A stretch of 64,000 nucleotides of DNA from Fidelibacterota bacterium (lineage in GTDB: Bacteria; Fidelibacterota; UBA8477). The position numbers and the translations under genes were made by a program. The stretch's first letter is position 1. Every line of letters starts with the position of its first letter. Location of the stretch: positions 1,497 to 65,496 of the forward strand of contig JAIPJQ010000003.1 of NCBI GenBank assembly GCA_021734065.1, written 5' to 3'. The notes beneath the pieces were generated by a model, which made no database searches, had not been told where the DNA came from, and was given only the letters and a program-made list of their open reading frames with translations. Positions 19,630 through 29,311 of this stretch are shown here, one piece after another.

Positions 19630-19656
19630 TTATCGGTCAAAAATCAAGCTCCTTTA
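19630..19656 (-). promoter_or_regulatory. sigma-28-type promoter upstream of the REC-DHp gene
   Basis: The minus strand reads TAAA-N15-ACCGATAA (one mismatch to consensus). It overlaps the stop codon of the GT2-TPR gene, about 215 nt upstream of ATG 19413. Confidence 0.6.
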
Positions 19657-21089
19657 GAGCTTTCTGCAGACGAGGGGGATTCACGGTTTAATTCCTGTAA
19701 AAGCCGATGTGCTTTTTCAACCTCTCCGACTTTGCTGTACAAACCCACTAACCGTTTGAGCGCCAGTCGGTTTCCCGGATCGGCAATGAACATTTGTTCA
19801 TATAATTGAATGGCACGTGGAAAATCCTGCTGTTTGACCTTTAGGATGGCCAACAAGTTCAGATATTTAATCTCGTCCGGAGCTTCGGTTAGCAACGCTT
19901 CCAGCTCGGTTTCTGCGGTTGAATAATCGTTGGTCTTCAAACTGATATCCACCAGGGATTCTCTCGCCGAAATATGATGTATCCCCAAATTCCTTGCCGC
20001 TTCCAGTGCTGCCCTTGCTCGTGCCGGTTCCTCCATTTTTAGTAGAAGCATTCCCTTTGTATATAAAATCTGTCCTGAGTCGATAGAAACATCAACGGAA
20101 ATGTTCTGGTTCAAGGATGATCGGGCTTCGCGCAGAGTCAGCAATTTATCCAACCATCCCAAAGCACCGGACAATTCGCCGGCTTGTTCGGCCAGGCGAT
20201 ACCTGAGGTAAATTGCCGAAGTCTGATGAGGAACCAGAGCGAGAGAAGCATCGGTCATTTTTCTGGCCCGGTCGGGCTCACCCAATCGCAGGTACGTTTC
20301 TGCGGTCACATTGAATAATGATGCCTTCATCCCCGGTGTAAAGTTTTCACGCGACAGTGCCACTTTCAGATGTTCCAGAGCTTCTGCGGGTTGATCCAGC
20401 AGATTGTATTGCTCACCAAGCTTATAGTGAGCATAAGCATTGCCCGGATCCTCCGTAACCAATTGTTGCAGCAATTCAAGGTTACGCCGGGCTTTGCGCG
20501 CTTTGCGATCCCCGGTAAAACCATAGCCTAAATGGAGTAGAATGATTTTTGATTCAAACTCCACACCTTTGAGTTTAATAGCGCTGGGAACCAACTGTTC
20601 GTGGATCCGGCCACTGAATTGGAGTCCAATATTATTTGAAAACAGACGGTGCGCCTTTGATAACGAAAAGGTGCACCCGTCTTCTTTAATATTGCGAATA
20701 TGAACATTATACAACGTGGGTTTTTTAACCGGTTTTAAAAGTTTTTTCAATTGGGGAATGGATTCCGGGAGTAATCGTTCATCAGCATCCAGCCATAAAA
20801 TCCAATCACTTTTGGCATATTGGATCGATGCATTGCGGGCTTTGGCAAAATCGTCTTCCCACGCGGATTCATGTACCACCGCACCGAACGATCTGGCCAA
20901 CTCAATCGTACCATCGGTTGAACCCGTATCCAGGATCAGCATTTCATCCACCACATCTCTGACGCTTGCCAGACATTCCGCCAGCATTTCTTCTTCATTC
21001 CGGACGATCATGCACAGTGATAATGTTTGCCGGACCGGGAGAATCGGCTTGCTGGTGAAGCTCTTTTTCCTGGTCATGGGCACCGGCAA
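19644..21089 (-). CDS. family-2 glycosyltransferase fused to TPR repeats
   Basis: 481 aa. N-terminal GT2 fold (LSLCMIVRNEEEMLAECL...ILDTGSTDGT...WLDADE), then about 280 aa of TPR-like repeats. Confidence 0.8.
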   Translation of the reverse strand: MPVPMTRKKSFTSKPILPVRQTLSLCMIVRNEEEMLAECLASVRDVVDEMLILDTGSTDGTIELARSFGAVVHESAWEDDFAKARNASIQYAKSDWILWLDADERLLPESIPQLKKLLKPVKKPTLYNVHIRNIKEDGCTFSLSKAHRLFSNNIGLQFSGRIHEQLVPSAIKLKGVEFESKIILLHLGYGFTGDRKARKARRNLELLQQLVTEDPGNAYAHYKLGEQYNLLDQPAEALEHLKVALSRENFTPGMKASLFNVTAETYLRLGEPDRARKMTDASLALVPHQTSAIYLRYRLAEQAGELSGALGWLDKLLTLREARSSLNQNISVDVSIDSGQILYTKGMLLLKMEEPARARAALEAARNLGIHHISARESLVDISLKTNDYSTAETELEALLTEAPDEIKYLNLLAILKVKQQDFPRAIQLYEQMFIADPGNRLALKRLVGLYSKVGEVEKAHRLLQELNRESPSSAESSKGA

Positions 21090-21158
21090 AAAGTCTGCAG
21101 TTCTGATAATGGGAAGCTTGATTTCATCATTTTAAAAGCCTTGGCTGAATACCTGAAA

Positions 21159-22142
21159 TCATCCGAGGGATTCGGTGATCTTTTTAAATTCATCAAGTCG
21201 TTTACCCCGACCCAATCGTATCTCCAACAGCTCTCGATTGACGTCATAATACTTATCCATCTGCTGATCCAGTTTGATGGTCAGAATACCGGTTCGCAGC
21301 AGGCGTTGAATTTCCGATTCAAAATCAGCCGGAGAATGCTTCAGGTCACGTTGAAGGCGATCGTTGAAATAGGTTAAAGCCAGATCATTGGCGGACCCCT
21401 GCTCAGACAACAGGCTTGCAATGAACTTGAGCAACTTTAATTCTTGACGTGATTGTTCTTCGAATTCAGGCGAGATACTTTTCCCGATACGACTGAAATA
21501 CTGCTCCCGGCAATATTGGGCGAGACTTTGGAAAGTTACGATATCGTTCACAATAAACTGACGACCTGCCTCATAATTAATTCCACTTTTCGCAATGCGG
21601 CTCAAGGTCAATTTATTCATCACCTTCTCCACAAAAGTCTGGGAGACATTGGTTAAAAAGGCAATGGTCTCGGCCGTTTCCTTCCAGGTAATCTGAAACT
21701 GGTTGAATTTGTCCGGGTCACGATGGGAAACCAGGTAGTAGAGCAGATAAACAACCTGTTTGCCTTGATCAGCCTTTGAGAGTGTGTTTTGGGTTGAATC
21801 CGCCTGACGTAAACGATCCACCAAAATTTCATAAAATGCCTGCATCCAGGAGGGGACCTCTTCCATCCGCTGTTCAAATAATATCTTGTTGATCTCGATA
21901 CATTGTGTTGTTGTCCTGGCGGTAATCGTTGCAGATCGTTGGCGCCCGTCCACCATGGACATCTCCCCAAAAATAGCGCCCGCTGTGAGTGTCGCTAATT
22001 TTACCGGTCGATTATCCACAACTTTCGTGACTTCCACCTCCCCACTCTGGAGGATGAACATGGATTTTCCATCATCACCTTCCCCACAAATTACATCGTC
22101 GGGCTGGTAGGTACGAAGGGCATTTTTTTCCACAAAAGACAT
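21159..22142 (-). CDS. cyclic-nucleotide-binding domain protein, Crp/Fnr-like with extra C-terminal region
   Basis: 327 aa. cNMP-binding motif GAIFGEMSMVDGRQRSATITA. A probable wHTH follows (ETIAFLTNVSQTFVEKVMNKLTLSRIA), then about 110 aa of unknown sequence. Confidence 0.7.
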   Translation of the reverse strand: MSFVEKNALRTYQPDDVICGEGDDGKSMFILQSGEVEVTKVVDNRPVKLATLTAGAIFGEMSMVDGRQRSATITARTTTQCIEINKILFEQRMEEVPSWMQAFYEILVDRLRQADSTQNTLSKADQGKQVVYLLYYLVSHRDPDKFNQFQITWKETAETIAFLTNVSQTFVEKVMNKLTLSRIAKSGINYEAGRQFIVNDIVTFQSLAQYCREQYFSRIGKSISPEFEEQSRQELKLLKFIASLLSEQGSANDLALTYFNDRLQRDLKHSPADFESEIQRLLRTGILTIKLDQQMDKYYDVNRELLEIRLGRGKRLDEFKKITESLG

Positions 22143-22147
22143 CTATT

Positions 22148-25100
22148 CTATGCTTTCTGTTGAGCCAAAACAGCCTGTTTCAATTCACGGGCTGATGGAT
22201 TTTCCGGATCCAGCGCAAGCACCTTCTCACTCCAGGATACCGCTTCATCCTTATTCCCCGCCTCTTCATGGAGCTGGGCCATCCGCAGTAAGCTGGGTAT
22301 ATCATCCGGGTTCCGATCCAGGATTGAGATATAGGTCTGAACACCACCAGTGTAATCTTCCTGTAGTAGCTGTATCTCTGCCAGATTACGCCGGGCATCG
22401 ATAAATGTCGGTTCCAGGTCGATGGCGTGGCTGATCAGAACATGAGCCTTTTCCAGATCCCCGGTTTCCGCTACAATAATACCACTTTGGTTATACGCCG
22501 CCGCATCGGCTGGATTGAACTTGAGAATTTTGTGCAGCAGACGTAGCGCTTCTTCAGAATGATCCAGGTTACGGGCGCAAATCGCCAGACCGAATAACGC
22601 CTCTTCGTCGAGTGGGTTTTCCCGGTAAATCTCCCTGAATAACGCATCCGCCTCGGGGAAATGTCCCTCGGCCAGTAACGCGGTCGCCCGCTTGATTTGA
22701 TAAGGATGCATCTCCTGCAAACCATTCCGAATTTCCAGCAATTCTTCGTAATCCACATCCGGCCATTTCGCGTGAAACAATTTCAGGCGTTCTTTGAGAT
22801 TTTGCTGGTAATCAATCCGGTTGGCTTTAAAGGTTTGGCTGCCAAAATGGTGCAACAGAACGGATTCATCAACCATGAGGGCCAAACCCTTTTCCCGAAT
22901 CCGTAAACTCAGATCATCATCTTCAAAATTACCCACACCAAACGAGGTGTCAAATCCACCGATCTCATCATAAAGTGATTTTTTCATCAATACCGCAAAA
23001 CCAGCCAGTCGGCGACGGGGTGTGAGCCGATTTTGATTTTGTTGATGGAGCGTTGAGGCGAATTGGAAAAATTCCTCGTCCGTGTCATAGGGTACTTCAG
23101 TCAACGCCTGACGACCACTGATATAGTTGGTGATCGGTCCCACAGCCCCGATATTTTCATCCCTTTCCAGCGATTCAACCAATGACCCAAGCCAACCTTC
23201 CGGAACGAGCACATCATTATTGAGCAGTATGATGTATTTTCCGCTGGCTATGGCAACACCTTGGTTATTGCCTTCAGCGAAGCCCATATTTTTCCTGTTT
23301 CTGATAAGCTTGTAATGCGGGTTCTTTTTAATCAGGGTATTCAGATATTTAACAGTGCCGTCAGTGGAGGCATTGTCCACAAAAACGATCTCAAACGGAA
23401 TGCTTGTATTTTTTTCAATCGATTTCATGCACTTTTTCGTGTATTCCAGAGCATTCCAGGTGAGCATGATGATTGAGACGAGGGGGTGGGCATCCGCATC
23501 CTTCATTTGGTCATGGTCATGATCAAACTTGGCTGTCATCAACTCCCGGATACGACCCGTACTCCAATTCCGCTCAACCAGGGCTCTCCCATTTTCAGAT
23601 AAGATTGTCCAGAGTGGTTGATCATGATACAGTTCAACCACAGATGCTACAAAATCTTCCGGTTTATCAGCCACCAGTGCTGTTTTACGGTGCTCCAAAC
23701 TCATACCTTCGGCACCGATCGAAGTAGTTACCACCGGGATCATCCAGGAGAGGGCTTCACCGATTTTACCCTTCATGCCGGCCCCATAGCGCAGTGGTGA
23801 AATAGAGATACGAGCCTTTTGAAGGTACGGTGTGAGATCTTCCACATAACCGGTCACGATTATCTGATCATTCGCCAGACTTTTGATCGATTCCGGAGGA
23901 TTGTTTCCCACGATGTACCACTTGATATCCGGAAGTTTTACCAGGATCGCCGGCCACATATTCTTATGAAAATGCAGAACAGCATCCACATTCGGGGTAT
24001 GGGAAAAATTCCCGACGAACAACAGATCGCTGGTTTGATCAAAGAGCCTTTCGACTGTCGGCATTTCATGGATATTGGGTATGATGTCGATGGGAATATT
24101 ACCGGTTTTGGGTGCAATGGATCGCCTGTCATTCTCGGTTACCACCCACACCTCATCCGCCTGATTATAAACGGCCAATTCCTGTTTTTGCTTTTGTTTG
24201 GCGATCTGTTTTAATTCTTGATCTTGTTTTAATTCCGCTTCCCGAATCTCACGAATAAAATGAATGTCAACCGTATCAACGATAATCTTAGTTCTGGATG
24301 TGATCTTGCGTAGACGTGGAATGAAATACTGGGCAATGTACCAGAAGGAAAGAATGGCGTAATCAAACTGGCGCGGTTTGAAAATCAGATCATAATTGAT
24401 GGGTGGAAATTCACGATTCAATTTGAATCCGGCCATTTTTAAGGCCTCGCCGTCATTCCCCCAGACCTCCACACCAATATTTTGTAGATCCCGAATGTAC
24501 CGGACATCGGGCGATAAAAGGCACGCCATATAGGTGACATGATAACCCATCTCACGCAAAATTTTGATATAACTAAACAATCGGAGGGAACCAGAAGCTC
24601 GATCATAGGCCGGCAGAAATTGATCAGCGATAAAGATATTACCCTTGATTCCACGCTGGGAAGCCCTTACTACATTCGATGGTCCCGGAGCAGATTGTTC
24701 TGACAATTCGGCTCGCCACTTGTCTAAAAATTTAGCAGCGTTGACTTTCTGGTAGCGTTTGAAACCAGTATTCAGATCGGTACCGGCCGTTTGCCCTTCA
24801 TAATGGACAACAACACTTGCCGGCTGGTAATAAACCTTAAATCCATTTTTTCGTACGGCAAAACAGAGGTCGGTATCTTCATAGTAAGCCGGAGAATAGC
24901 GTTTATCAAAACCACCGATAGTGTCCCACAACGATTTTCGAATCATTAGTGAAGCACCCGAGCAGTAATCCACCTCCCGGACAAAATTGAAAGCCGGGTG
25001 ACCCGGATTGTTACCACGGCCAAAATTCCAGCCACTCCCGTCCGAAAAAATGATCCCGCCGGCTTCCTGCAGCTTGCCATCGGGATACACGAGTTTTGAG

Positions 25101-28100
25101 CCAACTGCACCGCAATCAGGCCTTCTTTCAGCTAGTTGGACGAGCGATGTTAACCATCCGGGTTGAACCTCTGTATCGTTATTAAGGAAAAGTAAATATT
25201 CGCCCTCAGCTTCTGTTGCACCATGGTTACAGGCCTTAACAAACCCATGATTTTCATCATTAGAAACGACTTTATAATTCGAGATTTCGGACTGTTTTTG
25301 TAAAAAGTCGGGGGTATTGTCTGTGGACGCATTATCTATGATAATAACTTCATATTGGGAATATCTTGTATTCTCTTTAATCGCTTTAAGACACTTTTTT
25401 GTTAGCTCCAATTTATTGAAAACCGGAATAATGATAGACACTAAAGCTGTACGATCAACTTTTTTCTCAACGCTCCCCAAATCGCCGGAATGATCCAATT
25501 TACGATCGACAACTTTTTTTACGATCTTTTCCAAATCCACGTCAATCTCCAAGAATTTTTGGATACCTTTAAGAAGATCCGATCGGTTTTCTGAGAGAAG
25601 CGCTTTATAACTCACATTAAAGGATTCAAAAGGTTGGATATATTTGTTCATTCTTGCAATATACTCATCGTAGAGATTTTCGGCTTTGGCTCGCGTAAAT
25701 TTATTCCGCTTCATCAATGAACGAACAACGGCTTCTTTGTCCCTGTCCATTACGATTATTTTTAAGTTTTGCGGCAGAACTTTCCGCCATACAGGAAAAG
25801 TGAGACAGAGCCGAGGATCCTTCAGCGCTATCAAAGAATTATTTTGATAGCATCCGGTCACACGCTCCAACAACGGATCAACCTTGATAGATGAAATATT
25901 ATCTGGAGATGGCGGCTCATCCCAAGCACCGCCAGCGATTGATAATATCAGATCATTTGTTCCCACCACACTCTGTCGCTCAAAAAATCCATTAGGGTTG
26001 TCTGGTCGGGGACCCATAATATCATCCGATTCACCAATATAAAAACCGGCCTTATTGAGAACATTCATCATCATTGAGGTACCACTTCGATGCATTCCCA
26101 TAACCGTTACAAATTTCGTAATCGAATCAGACTGCATTTTTTTCTCATAGATATGGATTGTGCCGGCTTCATTTTCTCTGATCTGTTTTTGACTTTTAAT
26201 CTTAACGAAGTGATGTTGTCGAATAAATTGGTCTAAGTTTTCATCGACAAAATAATTCTCCGGGGTACGAATAACGAAATTTTTACGAGCCAGCACCAAT
26301 AAATTATTTAAAACTTTAGGTCGGGTTGAAACGGGCAGATGGTGATAAAGTCCTAAGAAAAGAACCGTATCATAAGCCGTTTTTAAATGACCTTGAGAGC
26401 TACTTAAAAAACGTTCCCAAGAAGAAAGATCGGCTTGATAAAGCTTAGCATTCGTTACATTATTTTTTCTCAGCAGTTCATTACCAAATTTCACTCGGAC
26501 GGCATCATACTCAAATCCATCAATCCATTTTGCCTGTCCTTCTGTTGCTAAAAATTTTGTAATCAACCCCTCTGCACACCCTGTATCAAGAATCGTGTGA
26601 TCCTTAACCTGCTCCTTTATTTGGTTTAAGCCTGAAATACGACGACTAAATGGTCTTTTGCCAAACAGTCCCAATTTGGGGTCTCTAAAATAGTGTGTCC
26701 ATTGTGGTCGCTCTAATAATTGGACGAGTATTTTACTGTACTTTCCCCAGGTATAGTTTTGCATATCACTAAATGCAGCTTGTCCAATCCTCACGCGTAA
26801 ATTATTATTATTCATCAATAATTTAATGCTTTTACCAATCTCATTTGGTGTGATGTTCTTTAAACAAAGGGAATTGGTATCGTTGGCAAAATCAATTGTA
26901 CCCGCCTGGGTCAAAATAACAGGTTTACCTACAGCCATGGCTTGTGCAGCGGTATTACACCAGCCAGCATGGGTTTCTGTTGTGACAACAATATCCATAG
27001 AACGATAGAAATTTGTCAGTTCGTCGTCGTAAAGTTTTCCCAAAAATTTAAGTCTGCCTTGATTTACAAAATGGTCTGCATCTCTATGTTGGATTCCATC
27101 TGATCCATATAGGCTCAATTTGACATTGTCTGGCAACTGATATAATGACTGAATTAATGGTATCGGGTTTTTCAATGCATATCCACCAATGTTCCATTCA
27201 CCCGCTTTTACTGACTTACCATCCACCAATACATTAGGTTTTGGGTTTGAGTGAATGGCACCGGGCAGGATATAAAAACTATCTGCCTGCAAATTGACAT
27301 AACTGTCCCAATGTGAATTATTGAAAATAACTACGTGTGGTTTAAAAACCTGATTAACTGCGTAGGCGCGTTTCTCAACACTTTTATCATTCAAGACATG
27401 CTGAATCCGGGTACCGAATCGATCATCAAGCAATAGTTCAATTTTTTTAACCTCCTTACCTTCTACACCCGCCCCAGGAATCATAACGGCATCCCACTTT
27501 GAAGTACCCAAATCAGATAAAGTCATAATGCGTTTTTCGAGATAGGGCCATTGTGTATTTGTCTTATTGGAGAGGGATAAAAATTCTACCTCATGCCCGA
27601 CTTTTTTCAAGGCTTTAGCAACCTCAATAAATCTGGCAATCCCACCATTAAGTGTAAATTCAAACCAGGCCACCAAAATTTTTAGAGTTTTTGTGTGTAT
27701 ATCTGAATTTAGTTCGGTAAATATTTTATCCAAATATTTGATATCCGAGGCTTTCAGTTCTGTACGATAATTACCAATTTTACCGTTTCTAACTTTAGGT
27801 GCTCCATTGCGGAGCCGTAACCAGGGATGTGGGAATTTACCACTTTGCTCAGTTTTTCGCATTTTTTCGATGGTTGAATTAGCAATTGCAGTGCGCAGTT
27901 CATCATCACTAACTGAAAAATTATAAAACTTGAGAAGTTTTCTTACTCCACCTTCAATATCGTGTTTACATTCTTCATAACTGAGGGTTAACACATTAAG
28001 TTCACTACTTAAGTGATGCCACATATCGCGAAAGCGTTTCAATGATTTGGCACCAAAATAATCATCTCGAATAAATTCTGAAATTGAACCTCTGTAGTTG

Positions 28101-28366
28101 AAAAAATCATCAAACCGACCTGTTATTTGGTGATACAGGCTTACAATTAAATCTCGGGGATCACGTTCCAGGTAGACAATTTTCTCCACATTTCGATAAT
28201 GTGTTAACCGCCTTGAAATGTCATAATTATGGGGAGGACAAGATCCATCATTGAACTCAAAACTATCATGTTGGAAAGTAATTTTGTTCTCCAGCCCCAA
28301 CTGAAAGAGGATGAATCTGATCCAAGACCTTCCTGATTTTGGGTATGAGATAAATTGTCTTTGCAT
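22148..28366 (-). CDS. 2072-aa multi-enzyme: sulfotransferase - GT-B - SAM methyltransferase - sulfotransferase - GT2 - GT-B - GT2 - TPR
   Basis: Uninterrupted ORF. Motifs: YPKSGRSW / ERDPRDLIVSLYH / RNGKIGNYR (aa 1-225); ETHAGWCNTAAQAMAVGKPVI (aa 229-553); ILDTGCAEG (aa 585-745); GMHRSGTS / KDPR (aa 750-960); VSIIIPVFN...IDNASTD...YEDTDLC (aa 975-1225); GAGMKGKIGEALSWMIPVV (aa 1240-1615); VSIIMLTWN...VDNASTDGT...FEDDDLS (aa 1627-1850); TPRs (aa 1885-2072). Confidence 0.8.
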   Translation of the reverse strand: MQRQFISYPKSGRSWIRFILFQLGLENKITFQHDSFEFNDGSCPPHNYDISRRLTHYRNVEKIVYLERDPRDLIVSLYHQITGRFDDFFNYRGSISEFIRDDYFGAKSLKRFRDMWHHLSSELNVLTLSYEECKHDIEGGVRKLLKFYNFSVSDDELRTAIANSTIEKMRKTEQSGKFPHPWLRLRNGAPKVRNGKIGNYRTELKASDIKYLDKIFTELNSDIHTKTLKILVAWFEFTLNGGIARFIEVAKALKKVGHEVEFLSLSNKTNTQWPYLEKRIMTLSDLGTSKWDAVMIPGAGVEGKEVKKIELLLDDRFGTRIQHVLNDKSVEKRAYAVNQVFKPHVVIFNNSHWDSYVNLQADSFYILPGAIHSNPKPNVLVDGKSVKAGEWNIGGYALKNPIPLIQSLYQLPDNVKLSLYGSDGIQHRDADHFVNQGRLKFLGKLYDDELTNFYRSMDIVVTTETHAGWCNTAAQAMAVGKPVILTQAGTIDFANDTNSLCLKNITPNEIGKSIKLLMNNNNLRVRIGQAAFSDMQNYTWGKYSKILVQLLERPQWTHYFRDPKLGLFGKRPFSRRISGLNQIKEQVKDHTILDTGCAEGLITKFLATEGQAKWIDGFEYDAVRVKFGNELLRKNNVTNAKLYQADLSSWERFLSSSQGHLKTAYDTVLFLGLYHHLPVSTRPKVLNNLLVLARKNFVIRTPENYFVDENLDQFIRQHHFVKIKSQKQIRENEAGTIHIYEKKMQSDSITKFVTVMGMHRSGTSMMMNVLNKAGFYIGESDDIMGPRPDNPNGFFERQSVVGTNDLILSIAGGAWDEPPSPDNISSIKVDPLLERVTGCYQNNSLIALKDPRLCLTFPVWRKVLPQNLKIIVMDRDKEAVVRSLMKRNKFTRAKAENLYDEYIARMNKYIQPFESFNVSYKALLSENRSDLLKGIQKFLEIDVDLEKIVKKVVDRKLDHSGDLGSVEKKVDRTALVSIIIPVFNKLELTKKCLKAIKENTRYSQYEVIIIDNASTDNTPDFLQKQSEISNYKVVSNDENHGFVKACNHGATEAEGEYLLFLNNDTEVQPGWLTSLVQLAERRPDCGAVGSKLVYPDGKLQEAGGIIFSDGSGWNFGRGNNPGHPAFNFVREVDYCSGASLMIRKSLWDTIGGFDKRYSPAYYEDTDLCFAVRKNGFKVYYQPASVVVHYEGQTAGTDLNTGFKRYQKVNAAKFLDKWRAELSEQSAPGPSNVVRASQRGIKGNIFIADQFLPAYDRASGSLRLFSYIKILREMGYHVTYMACLLSPDVRYIRDLQNIGVEVWGNDGEALKMAGFKLNREFPPINYDLIFKPRQFDYAILSFWYIAQYFIPRLRKITSRTKIIVDTVDIHFIREIREAELKQDQELKQIAKQKQKQELAVYNQADEVWVVTENDRRSIAPKTGNIPIDIIPNIHEMPTVERLFDQTSDLLFVGNFSHTPNVDAVLHFHKNMWPAILVKLPDIKWYIVGNNPPESIKSLANDQIIVTGYVEDLTPYLQKARISISPLRYGAGMKGKIGEALSWMIPVVTTSIGAEGMSLEHRKTALVADKPEDFVASVVELYHDQPLWTILSENGRALVERNWSTGRIRELMTAKFDHDHDQMKDADAHPLVSIIMLTWNALEYTKKCMKSIEKNTSIPFEIVFVDNASTDGTVKYLNTLIKKNPHYKLIRNRKNMGFAEGNNQGVAIASGKYIILLNNDVLVPEGWLGSLVESLERDENIGAVGPITNYISGRQALTEVPYDTDEEFFQFASTLHQQNQNRLTPRRRLAGFAVLMKKSLYDEIGGFDTSFGVGNFEDDDLSLRIREKGLALMVDESVLLHHFGSQTFKANRIDYQQNLKERLKLFHAKWPDVDYEELLEIRNGLQEMHPYQIKRATALLAEGHFPEADALFREIYRENPLDEEALFGLAICARNLDHSEEALRLLHKILKFNPADAAAYNQSGIIVAETGDLEKAHVLISHAIDLEPTFIDARRNLAEIQLLQEDYTGGVQTYISILDRNPDDIPSLLRMAQLHEEAGNKDEAVSWSEKVLALDPENPSARELKQAVLAQQKA

Positions 28367-28466
28367 CTTTTTAAGCCTTAATTTAACTGGATCTCATCGG
28401 ATCTTGTTTTTGGATGGTGATCTGAATACAATTAACAGATTTGCACTTTATTTAAATTTACCCCGA

Positions 28467-28691
28467 CTATAAAAATTGTCCTAATATCTCAGTTGAGAAA
28501 CTTCCTGATGCAGCGGTAGCAGCCTGATTCTCTTCCCGGATTTTCTGATAAATTTCTTCTCGGTGAACCGCAATGTTTTCCGGTGCGACAACGCCAAGTT
28601 TTACTTGTCCGGAAGATGTTTTAATGACTGAGATTATCACATTCGTTCCAATACGAAAACTCTCACCCGCTTTACGTGTTAATACCAGCAT
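28467..28691 (-). CDS. csrA: carbon storage/translational regulator CsrA
   Basis: 74 aa. [15 protein letters not shown]...[19 protein letters not shown] is the canonical CsrA sequence. Lies 2 nt after fliW. Confidence 0.95.
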   Translation of the reverse strand: MLVLTRKAGESFRIGTNVIISVIKTSSGQVKLGVVAPENIAVHREEIYQKIREENQAATAASGSFSTEILGQFL

Positions 28692-28693
28692 GA

Positions 28694-29260
28694 TTAACGC
28701 TCCCCATTTGAGGTTCGCGTTGCCTGCTTGATCGTCGTGAAAGAATTTTCCTGTCCCGGGGTTGAAGTTGGTGCACTGGCTGATGAAGTGTCCGGTACCA
28801 ACGGATAAGAAATCGGCAGCGATTCATCATCCAAAATCACCTGGTATCCAGTTTTCTGCTCTGTTGAAACAATAATCGGCGCCCGCAGGTTAGCGGTGAG
28901 TTTGCCCAAACTGTGATTGAGCCGCAGGATAAAGAACGTGCAGATTTTCTCCTCCTGCGACAAAGAGATTTGGGTCAGTTTTTCAGGTGGTACGGTTACT
29001 TCAATCTTTTGAGAAATTACTTTGGGATCCAAAAGTAGCATCGCCACATGACTCGCATCGTCTGCAACCAGAAAGGCAAAGTGTGGATAATCCAGCAGTT
29101 CAAACAGATGGTAATGGTGCAGTTCTTCAAAGCCCGGAATTCCCCCTGGAAATTCTATTGCAATTCCCTGTTCTGCATCAATCCTGAACTGAGGACCTTT
29201 TTCAGGCTTTGGGGTTTGAGGTGATGAGTTTGGTTGTTGCATCATGCTTTCGTTTTCCAT
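28694..29260 (-). CDS. fliW: flagellar assembly factor FliW (CsrA antagonist)
   Basis: 188 aa. [19 protein letters not shown] and [12 protein letters not shown] motifs. fliW-csrA pairing. Confidence 0.9.
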   Translation of the reverse strand: MENESMMQQPNSSPQTPKPEKGPQFRIDAEQGIAIEFPGGIPGFEELHHYHLFELLDYPHFAFLVADDASHVAMLLLDPKVISQKIEVTVPPEKLTQISLSQEEKICTFFILRLNHSLGKLTANLRAPIIVSTEQKTGYQVILDDESLPISYPLVPDTSSASAPTSTPGQENSFTTIKQATRTSNGER

Positions 29261-29311
29261 CTGACACCTTATAGGTGCCTGTTCTGATTGTTCAGGTGCC
29301 TGCTTTGCCTT

